Shown: positions 36,627-48,698 of the stretch, one piece after another
Layout: each line of letters opens with the position of its first letter
Position numbering within the stretch: position 1 is the stretch's first letter
Origin: Balanoglossus misakiensis
Taxonomy: Eukaryota > Animalia > Hemichordata
Assembly: GCA_040954595.2 (NCBI GenBank)
Contig: CM082576.2
Location: forward strand, 13,085,129 to 13,149,128
Reading direction: 5' to 3'
DNA length: 64,000 nt
Notes under the pieces: generated by a model
Told to the model about the DNA's origin: nothing
Database searches by the model: none
What the model saw: only the letters and a program-made list of their open reading frames with translations
Position numbers and translations under genes: made by a program

Positions 36627-38368
36627 TCACATCTGCCAAAGGAAAACAACAAACTAGGAAGGATTAATGTTTAAGATACTTTTCTGCATGTTTGACCTAC
36701 CTCCTCAAGTTTGACCTTGACCCCTTGGGGCATATTCAGCTGCACAAGTTCAAGAAACACAGGTGCTTTTGTTGCAATTAAGTCATTTACCTGGAGGAAA
36801 AGAAAATGACAGTGACACACTCTTCATCAAACTGAGTCTAATCCAGGCCAGGTTTTTCTGTGGAGGATTGATCTCAAATTTTCTCATGAGAAAAATACCG
36901 TGGGGGAAATGCTAGTGACTTTGACAGAAAGAAAACTTATGTATCCAGATACTTTTCACATAGATATAAATAGTCAGTTGGTTAAGGCTGGCCTCATGAC
37001 TTCAGTGAAAGTTGTTGGGGGAAGCTTTCATTTTTTATAAGACCAGTTCTACAATTTTTTTTTCTTACACATCTTTGACTCTTTATGGGCCCGGGGGTAC
37101 TGTAACTGAATGAATAAGGAACAAGGAAGAAAAGTGGAGCTCTAACTAGTCGGAATATTTCTGTAAGGATATCATTGATAATGACCTGAAATTTGCAACT
37201 TACCTGAACCACTCTTTCATATGTCTTGAGTGTAAAATCTCTGGGTTTCTTTATAGTACCTGGCCTCTGTAGAGTCTGTACAACAACTGTTTTTGTGGGC
37301 AGTGCATAGCTGAAATTAAGATTACAATGTGTACATTCTATATAAAATGAATTTACATTGAAATCAGTTGTGACTCACAGGATTTTTTCTGACTTGTTGG
37401 CTGACAATAACTCACAATTCACAATATCTGCCAATTCCAGTGTAAAGAAACTACCAGTAATGAATATTACTTCACATCCCATGCAATTTGCACAGCTCAC
37501 CTGTCCGAAATCTCAATATCTAAATTGTGAGCCATGTTGTGAAGATGCTGCGCGTAGTGCTCTACCACTGTACAGTCGTGACCTGTGACCCTGACATTGA
37601 ATGTTGGGTAGATGTACTTTGTGTCCTCAAAAACCTGAAAAGAGACACCTGACATGTAAGTGATAGAGACATTTTAGAGAATGAATACACTACAACTAAT
37701 CCTGTTAGTGATGCAAGTCATAAATCAGCAATGGCACATCACACAACACACAAATATCATGAACTGGGGGGTTCAGTTTTCACCAACTATCACACATATA
37801 CAATTCCTTACCTCTTCAGTACTTTGACTGTAGTGTGAACTCTGAGGTAATAACCATGGTAACCTGTTTTGAAAGAACACATAAAGCCAACTATGGTATG
37901 AATCATAATAGTAATGATGATGATGATGATATGATTTTTACTCACGTTCATATTCACGATCATAAAGACTGACACGCATTAAAAAATCTGGATGACCCCC
38001 AGGCTGAGGCGGACAAACTGACCACGTCGCCCAGCAGTTCAGTTTATTTAATAGTTGCAATAATCACAGGCACAAGAATCACACTGACTATAGCCTGATT
38101 CAACATGTGTGATTCCTGCGCCTGTGGCAATAATTGTAGCCTTGGTGGCTGGATCGCGCTGATGCCACCCAACCAACCCCAACAATTTACCAAGGCTACA
38201 GTTCGGTAGCTCGAGGTTTTGCCTTGGTTTCTGGTTAGACCGTAGACGGCAAAACCAGATCGACCCTGCAGCTACATGCGTGTAGATATCACCTGGTATG
38301 AACATTTACCTCGTCACTTGACCATGTTGATGACATCCAACAAATGTCCTAACTAACCGTCGTAGCAT
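36627..38368 (-). CDS. MRPL48: Mitochondrial ribosomal protein mL48 (S10-like fold), about 148 aa
   Basis: Exons 38368-38310 (MLRRLVRTFVG…, presequence-like), 37863-37812, 37634-37501, 37309-37204, 36790-36701, 36632-36627 (ATG TGA, tentative). HYAQHLHNMAHNLDIEISDSYALPTKT…LKTYERVVQVNDLIATKAPVFLELVQLNMPQGVKVKLEE matches recalled human SYAQYVHNLC…ESYAMPTKT…LTTHERVVQISGLSAT…FLEIIQSSLPEGVRL. Confidence 0.85.
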
Positions 38369-38568
38369 ATTTGATGATTTTGTTTGCGTCCTCGGTGATC
38401 GTTCTTGAATTACAAGTCTTCGCTGGTAAAACTAGTGATGGTGAATTGCGGCACGCAAGCTATAACGCTGTCAAAAACCTTCTGCTGCACGTCTCGAATC
38501 GTTTCGCATATGGCCGCAAGGTCAAAGGTCAAACCGGATGATACAGCTGAAAGTCTACTTTTTTCACG
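38369..38568. promoter_or_regulatory. Compact bidirectional promoter for MRPL48 and DPP3 with a perfect DR1 element
   Basis: CpG-richer stretch between the MRPL48 ATG and a probable DPP3 5'-UTR exon donor (CACG|gtaaat at 38569). AGGTCA-A-AGGTCA at 38519-38531. Confidence 0.6.
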
Positions 38569-38829
38569 GTAAATTTCACTATTTTTTATAGCTAGAATGA
38601 AGAATAAATATCAAAATATGTGGGTTAGTCGATCGATAACGTTGTTTCTCTGTTTTTTCTTTAAAAAAATAATATTTTTTTCAGCCTCGTTATGACATTT
38701 AATGTTGCTTGCTGTGTCATCCCAGGTCACCAAAAGCACGTCTGCATACATACCTGGTGCTGACGCCTGTCCGATACAGTCTGGTGTCTTGTTCGTCCGT
38801 AGGTGAAAGATAAGGGCTTTTCAACAACG

Positions 38830-39200
38830 ATGGCTGACTCACAGTTCATAATACCCAACGGTGTACCCGTTGCTAATTTAGATTGCAGAGTGGCTTTCAA
38901 TGGACTGACTGTCAAAGAGAAATTGTATGCCCACTTTCTGGCTCAGGGATCCTGGGAAGGTGGTCTCATCGTTCTCTTTCAAACTTCGGCTGAGTCGCCC
39001 ACAATCTTTCTCCTGCTCCAAAAACTCTTCAAGTCGCAGGCCGTATCTGAGCTGGAAAAGGCTGCGTTGGAGGCAGATAATGGCCCAACCAAAGAAGAAT
39101 TTGAGGTAAATTGTACTACAACTATTGAGTATGGTGATAAAAAGTGATTTATTTTGGTTGCAGATATATGTATGTGTTGATGCATTGTTATGTTGACAAT

Positions 39201-39245
<45 letters not shown>

Positions 39246-42200
39246 TGAAATGCAACTTGTTAAAATCAGAATAAACTGTAAGTGTAGTCTTGTGCAAAAT
39301 TGTAAGTAATTGACAAGTAAATCTTTTCATTATTTTGTTTTTACACCTCAGGCCTTATTGACATATGCAGCAGCATTTTATTCCAATAGTGGTAACTACA
39401 AATCTTTTGGTGATTCAAAATTTGTACCAAACCTGCCAAAGGTAAGCATCTACTGGTATACAAGTAGCCTTGGGTACAGGTTTATGTGTTCCCGGCTGTG
39501 TAACGCCGGGAACACACAGGCTTGCTCGCAGGGCTATACTCATATAAGGAATTGAGATTAAGTTTTAATAAGGGTGATATATTTCCAAAAATGTTATAGC
39601 GATAAATAACTACCGGTATATCACTCCCCACCATTCTTTGCAATGAACAATTTTGGAAAATGGAAGAAGTAAGTTGACCATAGTCCCTGGATCGAGGGAC
39701 TATGATTTGACCAAACTATGTTGGTGATAGAGTAAACTACACTTCTGGCTTCAAAATGAAACTGAAAATACCAAGGAGAAGGCCTACGTGACAATAGACA
39801 TGTTTGTGTTCAATAGCCTATGTGACCAAGCAGACATTGTGTTGGTGTCAAGGAATTCAAGTTTTGACATGTGTTGTTATGGGACACTGTTATGTGAATG
39901 CCGTTGCTATCAAGTGGAAATTATATTTAAATTAATCATTGCATCTGTTGAGGACAAAGGTTAGAACTGATGCAGGCCAATGACATGTTACTGAAATCTT
40001 ATTCCATCGAAAGTGAAAGAACCCCTCCGTCATATGTATTACATGTATTATGTCATCATAATATATTGTGGGCTATAATAAATAATAAAGTGCAGATGTT
40101 TAGAAAATACAGGAAATCTTTCAACAGAATATTTCACACTTACCAATAGTGGGTCTTTTTGTCTGACTTAAAGTTATATAGTCACCTCCAATTTACATAT
40201 CGCCATATATAGGTGAAATGGCGTATTTGAGTGTTCTAAAGAACGCTTTATTTTCGCGTGTGCCACCCACTGAAAATCTGTGATTGGTTAGATCTCGATT
40301 TACCATGGTAACTGTGGCTAAATTTGTATAGGTGACCGTATACCTTTAAGTGTTATGAACCCTACTGCTTGTAACATGACAGCTTCAGGTTAAGTTTGGT
40401 GGAAGGTACTGAAATTTGAAAAAAGAACGAATTTAGTCTGTTGGTGGGGTTTAACCTTTCCTTTTAGAAATTGTGTGGGTGAAAAACTTTTTGTACAAAA
40501 AGCCAGCTCCTTAGGTGACCATAATTCATATTTCAAACTTGCTTTTTTTGTCTTCAGGAGAAATTTTATTCTGTAATAACGTCCAGCAAAGGTTACCAGG
40601 AAAACAAGGACGAGTTTGAAGAGTTGTGGAGTGCCTGTAACCAATCATTGTATTCCCTCAGTGACAGAGAGAAAGAACTTGGTTTGGGAGATAAGGTAGG
40701 AAACTAGAGGAGTCATTGATCATTTTGTCTCCTTGCCTTTATCAACTATGTGGGGTTGGTTTTGATGTATACATGTATATCCTCGTAAGTCGTTGGACTC
40801 TGATACAGAGAATTATTGCATGAACGAATTCCATACTTTACGGCAAGTGAAGAGAATGATATAATACTGAATAAGCTTAATTCTCACCAATCGTATGTTA
40901 GAATGTTGAAATAGTGGAAACTGCATTTCTGGCATACATACATGTAATGCATCATAACACACTTCCTGTGCCAAAGAGCCTAGTGGCAGTGCCTTACAAA
41001 ATAAAAATAAGGGGAAAAGATCTAAAATCATTTTATCCTGTGTTTGCATCACAGGGTATCACCACCTATTTCTCAAGCAATTGTACAGTGAAAGATGCTG
41101 AGAAAGCCGGGGAATTTATGAATAGCAAGGTAGGTTACTTTCAGAAAGTCTCTCTGAATCCTGCCCTAATTAGTGCATAATGTTAAATGTGTTTTTTTAA
41201 AGCTTACTGTTGCCAGTTGTATGGGGGGGGGGGGGGGCACTCTGGTGGTGATGACTTCGACAAACTTAAATCATCACAGAGCACTTCAGTTTTGCAAGTT
41301 TTTTTGAAGGCGTTATCTCTCATTGTCAGAGGCACCCGGCAGAACAATTCAAGTTCTCTGCTCGTTCTTTTAGACAGTTTTATTTTGATGCATTTAGTGA
41401 AGCGAAAATGATCTATCGATTCATTGTCAATGGAGGCAGTCACTGACAAAAATGTATCTGCAGATTGATCACCCCTATTGCCACTTAACTTGAGATCCAG
41501 TATTAATCATGTGTTTTATCTTGTACAGGATATCAGCCCATACAACACTCGACTGTTTAAAACTGTGGATGCCAGCGGGGCTGTAGTCTATGAAGTCAGG
41601 CTAGCATCATCTCTTACCACAGGTAAACATTTAAAACAGAGGCCCCATTGTCAGACCCACATCTGAGCAAGTTCTCCGTGTTGTGTCGGCAAGCAAGTCT
41701 GAAAGTGGTGTGTGATAATGTGAAAAAGTGGTTGATATTGAGCAGGACAAAATACTCGTTTGACAAACACTGCCCTTATTGGTAAAATTTTATTGCAATT
41801 AAAACACTTGTCAAATATGGTTTGGGAAGCATGTGTGTAATGAATGATACTTTCCTTGATAGATGAGCTGGTGGAGGAGGTTGAGAAGAGCAACGTGTGT
41901 GGTACGTACAACTTTGAAGGACAGATCTTCAAAGTGACCAGAGGGGACTATGCACCCCTGATGGCCAGAATGAATGATAACCTGAAACTGGCTAAGGTGG
42001 GTGTGGCTCACAGCCAACTGTAATTTGTTTACTTTGTGGAATATTTCTGAAATTTTAGTGGCTGAAATACACATTGAGGATTGGAAAGTACCAGGTAATT
42101 TATAAAATTATGAATAATTGCAATCACATCCATAATTCTGTTACCCCCTTTTCTTCATCACTGGTAGCTGTATTCACGTATTATAGTTATCCACATATAA

Positions 42201-45200
42201 TTTGATATATAATTTAATGTAACAGATTCAGAAGAACAGTCTTACAGGAAAATCTTTGTGGTATGTTTACTAGCCGTGCAACTTGTGCGCCGTCAGAACA
42301 CTGAGACAACAGATTTACATTCTTGTCTCATTTTGTAGGAGCATGCGGCTAATGATCACGAAAAAACCATGCTGGAACATTATGTGAAAAGTTTCACAAC
42401 AGGTTCTATAGACGCCCACAAGGATGGCTCCAGATCGTGGATCAAGGATAAAGGCCCAGTAGTTGAAAGGTAAAGCTACGTGTCTGATATTCAAACTTAC
42501 TGCTCATCAAATATTAGCTGGATCCTGAAGAGTTCAAAGTCACAACCATCAAATGTAGAGATGTGCAAAGTAAGTGGTCCACAGTCCAGGACCATTTTAT
42601 TTTGCATTCAACTACATATTATAGGCATATTTGACACACATGGTTAGAGATGTTTTTTGATCTCATTGTAAATGTTTAAAAAAATCATTGCTTGATTGTT
42701 TTGTGTGTGTGTAATCATCTTACAGCTATATTGGTTTTATCGAGAGCTATCGTGATCCTTTTGGTGCGAGAGGAGAATTTGAAGGTAAGAGATGAGAAGA
42801 AATGCACCATTTTATCATCAGGATAATTAACCCCAGTCATCCTCCCATGGATGTTTCTCATATTTTGGACTTCACAATCTGTTGATTTATAGTTGTCTCG
42901 CATCTTCTTTAAAGTTTTCCGTTACTTTGAACTTGTCGAACAGGTTTTGTGTCCATGGTGAACAAGGAGATGAGTGCCAAATTTTCCAACCTGGTAGCTC
43001 GGGCGGAAGAGTTCCTACCAATCCTACCCTGGCCCAAAGAGTATGAGAAGGATAAGTTCCTGAGACCGGACTTCACTTCCTTGGATGTCATGTGTTTTGC
43101 GTCTAGTGGAATTCCTGCCGGAATAAATATTCCAAACTGTGAGTGCATACATTTCCTTTCCATTTTCATTTCTACTTTGCGTTACATACCTGCTGGCAGA
43201 GTTGAAGTTGCTGATACACGTTTCTCTAATACAACGAGGTCTGTTCGTTGGAAACTGAAAAATACAAGATTGGAAATGTAGCAAGGTGTTCAGGTCATCT
43301 GGACAAGTTGTGAGTTATTTTGACCAACCTGATAATATTTATCAAGTTAGGCAACAACAAAGAAATGAACTCTACATGCATTGTCAGTGATGTGTGATAA
43401 TGTACAAGTATGATAAATGATGATAAATCAGATTTAATCAAAACGCTCATTTTATGACGAATGAACATGATGAAACAATCCAGATACCAATGTTCATTAA
43501 ATTTCTTCATCCGTATGATATATTGTTTTTTAAATGTACTTTTAATTTTGTGTACTTTACTACAGACGATGATATCAGGCAGCAAGATGGATTCAAGAAC
43601 GTCTCCCTGGGAAATGTGCTAGCAGCACACACAAAAGAACAGAAAGTGACATTCCTGACCGATAAAGATAGGGTGAGTGTCAAGCTCATATTTTCATTGT
43701 GGATTGATAAAAACATACTTCATTGCAGGTGTCATGAGTTGTATCACTGGTTTGAAGTGATACAATGTCTAATTTTTTGCAGATTTTCTCAGCTTAAACA
43801 CTTTCTGATATTCTGTAATTTTCAAAAATATTTTTTTTTGTAACAGGAACTTTTCACAGAGCTGAAAGCCCCCTCCTTTGAGCTTCAAGTTGGTCTTCAC
43901 GAATTGCTAGGTCATGGAAGTGGTAAACTGTTTCAGAAAGACGCAGATGGCAAACTGAACTTTGATGTGGAGTTGGTCAAACACCTAGAGAGTGATGCCA
44001 AGGTAATTCAGAATATCTTTTACAGTTACTAGACAGGTTACCAGCAGAAAACCCACCCAGTACTTCCAGGAAGGGGAAACCATTTATCTTTTAATTTACA
44101 GCTCTCTACCTTTAACCACCCAATTTCCTAGTGTTTTGATCCAAACACCCCATTGAGGTGATAGGGTTAGACCAGTTCATTGACATTCAAAGGTTAAATC
44201 TTCAGTTCTCCCCGTGTGGATAACTCTATAAATGCTACTTCAGTTATGTTTTCGTCCATTCATTTGGTTATGATATTCAAACTTTCTTGCAAATGTGTGA
44301 CTTCTTATAGTTAGTACTGTGTATACTTTGCATTGTAAATTTGATTAAATTGAATGTACCCTAGCTATTAGTTGATGTTGATCGAAATTTGATTGCAGAG
44401 TATGATGTAGACTAGTTTAACCAATTCAGCAATCTAGTCAAGCATAACTTTCTAAGGCAAGTTGCTAAGTCCCCTCTCTGTTTTTGCAGATTAGCAGCTG
44501 GTACCTTCATGGAGAGACTTGGGATACAAAGTTCCCAGTGATAGGCTCCTCCTATGAAGAATGCAGAGCTGAGTGTGTTGGCATATATCTCTGCGTGAAT
44601 AAGGATATTCTCAAGTATGTACCTTGTTAGCCCATTAGTATTTCTCCCTCAGAAGTTCCTGATAACAGCATCAAATTCTAATGCTATGAGAAAGAGCGCC
44701 CTCATACACATGTTTTTCTCCCCATATCTCTCATGGCCCATAGTATCCTATACATGTGTACTTGTACCTCTTCCTGATGTTTTTTGTGAGGCTTTGAGAC
44801 AAAGCGCCCTCACACGACTCTGGCTCAGTGAGTGGTGTCATTCAGGCCCGTATTTTGTGAATAACCCTATATATTGTTTTGGTGAATCTTTCAGTCATGT
44901 CTATACTTCATTTAATCTTTTAGACAACTCTTTTAAAGAGTTTATCTTTTCAAAAGGAGTCTTGATTGTGGTTCTGTAGGATCTGATTCTGTTTTTGAAG
45001 AAAAAGTCCATAGTTTGATCCAAACCACATTTTTGTATAATTTCACCATTACAGGATATTTGGTCATGAAGACAAAGCAGCTGAGGACATATTCTATATA
45101 AATTGGTTGAACATGGTCAGAGCTGGTCTGTTGGGGCTGGAATTCTACACCCCAGAAACCAAGGCATGGAGACAGGTCGGTATTTAAAAGTTCATTAGTT

Positions 45201-46557
45201 CTGATTTATTTTTCCAAACTTGTGCAGCCTATGAAATTGTGTGTGGCTAGATTTGTGTTACAAGTTGTAAAACCATGCTTACACACATACTTGCCTATCT
45301 GTCTTTTGCCAGTGCGCTTGCGCTTTGGTACAGTGAAGAACAAAAAGACTAAAATAATGTAATATGTTGAAATTGTGTCACTGATTCTTCACCAGAATTG
45401 GTTTACAAAAATCATTGCTCATTTTCCTACTGTGTGTCAGAATCCCGCACTCACCATTTAACCATTTCATCTTTGCTGTTGCCAGGCTCACATGCAGGCC
45501 AGGTTTGTTATACTGCGTGTTCTGTTGGAAGCCGGCGAGGGATTGGTCACCATTGAACCAATCACTGGCGAGGATGGCAAGCCAGATGCAATCATCAGAC
45601 TTGACAGAAGCAAGATTGAATCTGTTGGCATGACAGCAATTGGAAACTTCCTCAAAAAACTACAGGTATGTTAGAAGGTTTTCCAGATGTGAAAATAATG
45701 TGAATATTTTAGTAGTAACCAATATCTGGCTTTAGTTGATGGTCTGAACATAGACAATATATCTTGATTATTTCAGTAGAGTTTTGTAAAATTCAAACTT
45801 GTAGTAAAAATTAACGTTATACAGCAACTGTGTCCTTTGATTAAAAATTACTCCACAACAGACATTTCTGTATTATTCCAAATGGCTAATAAAAATATTC
45901 TGTGAATTTTTCCAGTTGTACAAATCAACAGCTGATTTTGAGAGTGGCAAGGCTATGTATGACACCTACTCTGCTGTGAATGACGAGACCCCAGAGAAAT
46001 TCCTGTCTCTGAGAAACGTGGTAATGGCAAGGAAGCAGCCCAGGAGGATGTTTGTGCAGGCAAATACTGCCATGGAAGGTAAGCGGTCACTTCTGTCATT
46101 TTTCTTGACATTTTAGAATAAGCCATTTGATAGTTGTTCTGAATGCTAGGAAAGTGGTCTTCCCATATGTCAATTGTGCAATTTGTTTCATATAGTATAA
46201 TTGCAATTTGGCATCATGAAATCTTTGGTGTCACAAAGACTCTGCTGTCATGTGCAGTTTGTTCACTGTTTGTGTCAAAAGTCTACGTAGATTATATATA
46301 CCACTGTAGCAACTAAACTAGCTACAATTACATTACCAATTAATCTTTTTTTCAATTTCATCACAGCACCTCTTCTAACAGTTTTACACTCTTTTCCATG
46401 TGCCCTTTTGCCCACAGACAACAGTGTCGTTCTCCGGGAATACGAGGCCAGTGTTTCTGGCATTGTCCAGTCCTTCGTGGAAAGGTATCCGGATGAAGCC
46501 ACAGAAAAGATCATCAAAGACTTGTGGCTGAAGGACAAAGAACACTTCAGTTTCTAA
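38830..46557 (+). CDS. DPP3: Dipeptidyl peptidase 3 (M49), about 727 aa
   Basis: Exons 38830-39105, 39352-39441, 40558-40695, 41055-41129, 41529-41622, 41863-41996, 42339-42469, 42726-42784, 42944-43138, 43566-43672, 43847-44002, 44490-44614, 45055-45175, 45486-45665, 45916-46078, 46418-46557. Motifs [43 protein letters not shown] (43898-43915), EECRAE, WRQAHMQAR. Confidence 0.97.
39201..39245 (+). repeat. (ATC)15 microsatellite in a DPP3 intron
   Basis: Direct reading of the sequence. Confidence 0.95.
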
Positions 46558-48683
46558 GCAAGAAAAATGTGTCGTAACCATTTTGTGTGTCAGCAGTCTT
46601 CAAGATCAGGATACACCAACAATCAGAAACCACTTAGAATTCCCCCTGGGGTACACCTTTTGCATAAATAGTGAACAGTATGATTTCCTGCATCATTGGC
46701 TCCATACTCAGAGTAAAGCCAATGAACCAGTGATACAACAAAATTGCCTTCGTCAGTTCTTTGGAAATTAATGTGAATGTCAATCTACAGAATTTAGAAT
46801 GCCAGGGTATTTATACCAGTTTGCTGACCCCCCGTGCAACATAGTTTAGTGTCATGTGCTTTTGATATTGAGTATGTGCGCAACAGTAGTTTTATTGATT
46901 GTATTGTGATTTTTGAATGTTTTTGTTTGAAAATGAAATATTCTCCACATCACAACTACGAGGTGCATATAAAGTCTTTCACCACTGTGGTTTATATCGA
47001 ACCCTGTTCTCAAGTCCCAAGTGTTAGTCCCTTCAAGAGGGAAATTTCGGTACAGATTTCGTTGTTGAATCTGACAATAGTTGAGTTATTAGGTGCCTGC
47101 TCTACCCTGCAGCATAAACCGGTATATTTTAAGACTGTCCAAGAAGGAAATAACTCCAGTAGGAAATATCCAGTAAAAGTAACATAGTATAAACTACCTA
47201 CTTCATTTCAAAACAGGTGTCAGGGGAAATTCACCCATTCCTTTAGTTGTTTGAAAGAAAGCAATATTTATTCCAGATAGCAATCGACCATGCACATTTT
47301 GTTACGTTAATTGATGATTCCTTAGGAACCATGGTTACAGTCAATGATGACTTGCAAATTGCTATGCAAAATATTTCATTCCAGACTGAAATATTTTGGA
47401 AGTGTTCATATTATTGTCAGTTTTATTGCTTTGTGTATTTGACGACCAGCTTCTGTATGAGATGTAAATTCTGAATGACAATAAAACAGAAGATGCACAG
47501 CATTGACTTGCTTCCTGGTGTTAGGTGAATACCCCGGGCCCTGTCTAGAAGAAACACTGGCTATTACTAGCTGCCGTTCTGTGAAATTATGTTGCTTATG
47601 CCCATGTATGTGGTCAGTATTTGCCCTCGGAAATATGCAGAGATTGTATAGGAGTCTGATGGCATTGTCAGAGATGTTGAAATTACTTGGGATAGTATCC
47701 CCCGGCAAGTTGGCAGTTTGCAGCACATAGCATGGTGAGGACAGCTGGATGACTGGATTGTGGTCAAGTGCATTGCCTGGATTTAAACCATTTTTTTGTC
47801 GTATATTGGGCAGCCAATGTGCATGATCAAGGCTGAGACACACTATGTCACTTGTTAAGATTTGACCTGCACAGGGAATGAAATGTACCAGTGCAATAGT
47901 TGATACAGGTAATGCGTCAACAATGGAAAACTTTGATGAAAGGATTCATTTGATTATTAAAACTCATGGTCCTTCAGTTTTGAAATATCGTCACTACTAA
48001 CCTTCACTCACTCATGTACTTTAGCTCTTTTTTTATTTTACCTTGAAAACACTGATTCAGACAATGATTTTGTCATCCACATTTCTATTCATGGTAATAA
48101 CCGTTCACCGTATTTTCTTTTCATCATGTGCCTGTATGGACCTCAATAAAAGATATGATCAAATTGTATATACATGTACCAGTAGTATCTATATTTTTGA
48201 GTTAAAATGTGCTGAAAATGCTCCTAAAACTTCTAGTCACAGGACCTCAGCTCTCGCGAAGCAACAGCTTACATATGCAGCTGTAATCAGCACAGCAGAG
48301 TTTAAACACACACAGTGGTCACTGTCCTACCAGGTGTCCATTACTCCTGGGTGGGGAGAATTTAATGAGTAATGGCTTGCTCAAGGACACGACTACCAGT
48401 CATGCTGGGGCTTGGACGCACAGACCCCCAACCATGAATCCACTGCTGTTACAAAATGTACCAATGAACTATGCTGCCTCCCAGATCAACTGGCCATTTG
48501 CCAAGTTTCAGTGATCCTGCAGTAAAATATAAATAGCTCAAGTACCAAAATAACGTCAACATTTAGCAACTTTGTCCCCTAGGAGGCCCATTTCTTGAAT
48601 TTTCATATTTATTTATTGAAGGTTGTGTATTGTGTAATCTGTTCCCACACAAAAAAATACAGTCTGGCAAAATTTGTTCTAAA

Positions 48684-48698
48684 CAATAAAATTTATTG
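48684..48698. terminator. Palindromic back-to-back poly(A) signals (candidate shared DPP3/NANP 3' end)
   Basis: CAATAAA-A-TTTATTG: AATAAA on + (48685-90) and on - (48697-92), between two convergent genes. Confidence 0.45.

Noticed and set aside
36701-37634. These exons as the 5' end of the myomegalin-like gene
   Set aside because: They translate to an mL48 S10-like domain with its own presequence-like start and a probable stop.
38510-38829. Upstream ATGs giving DPP3 a mitochondrial-presequence-like extension
   Set aside because: None of the donor/acceptor phase combinations tried is in frame with ATG 38830, and there is an in-frame TAG at 38800.
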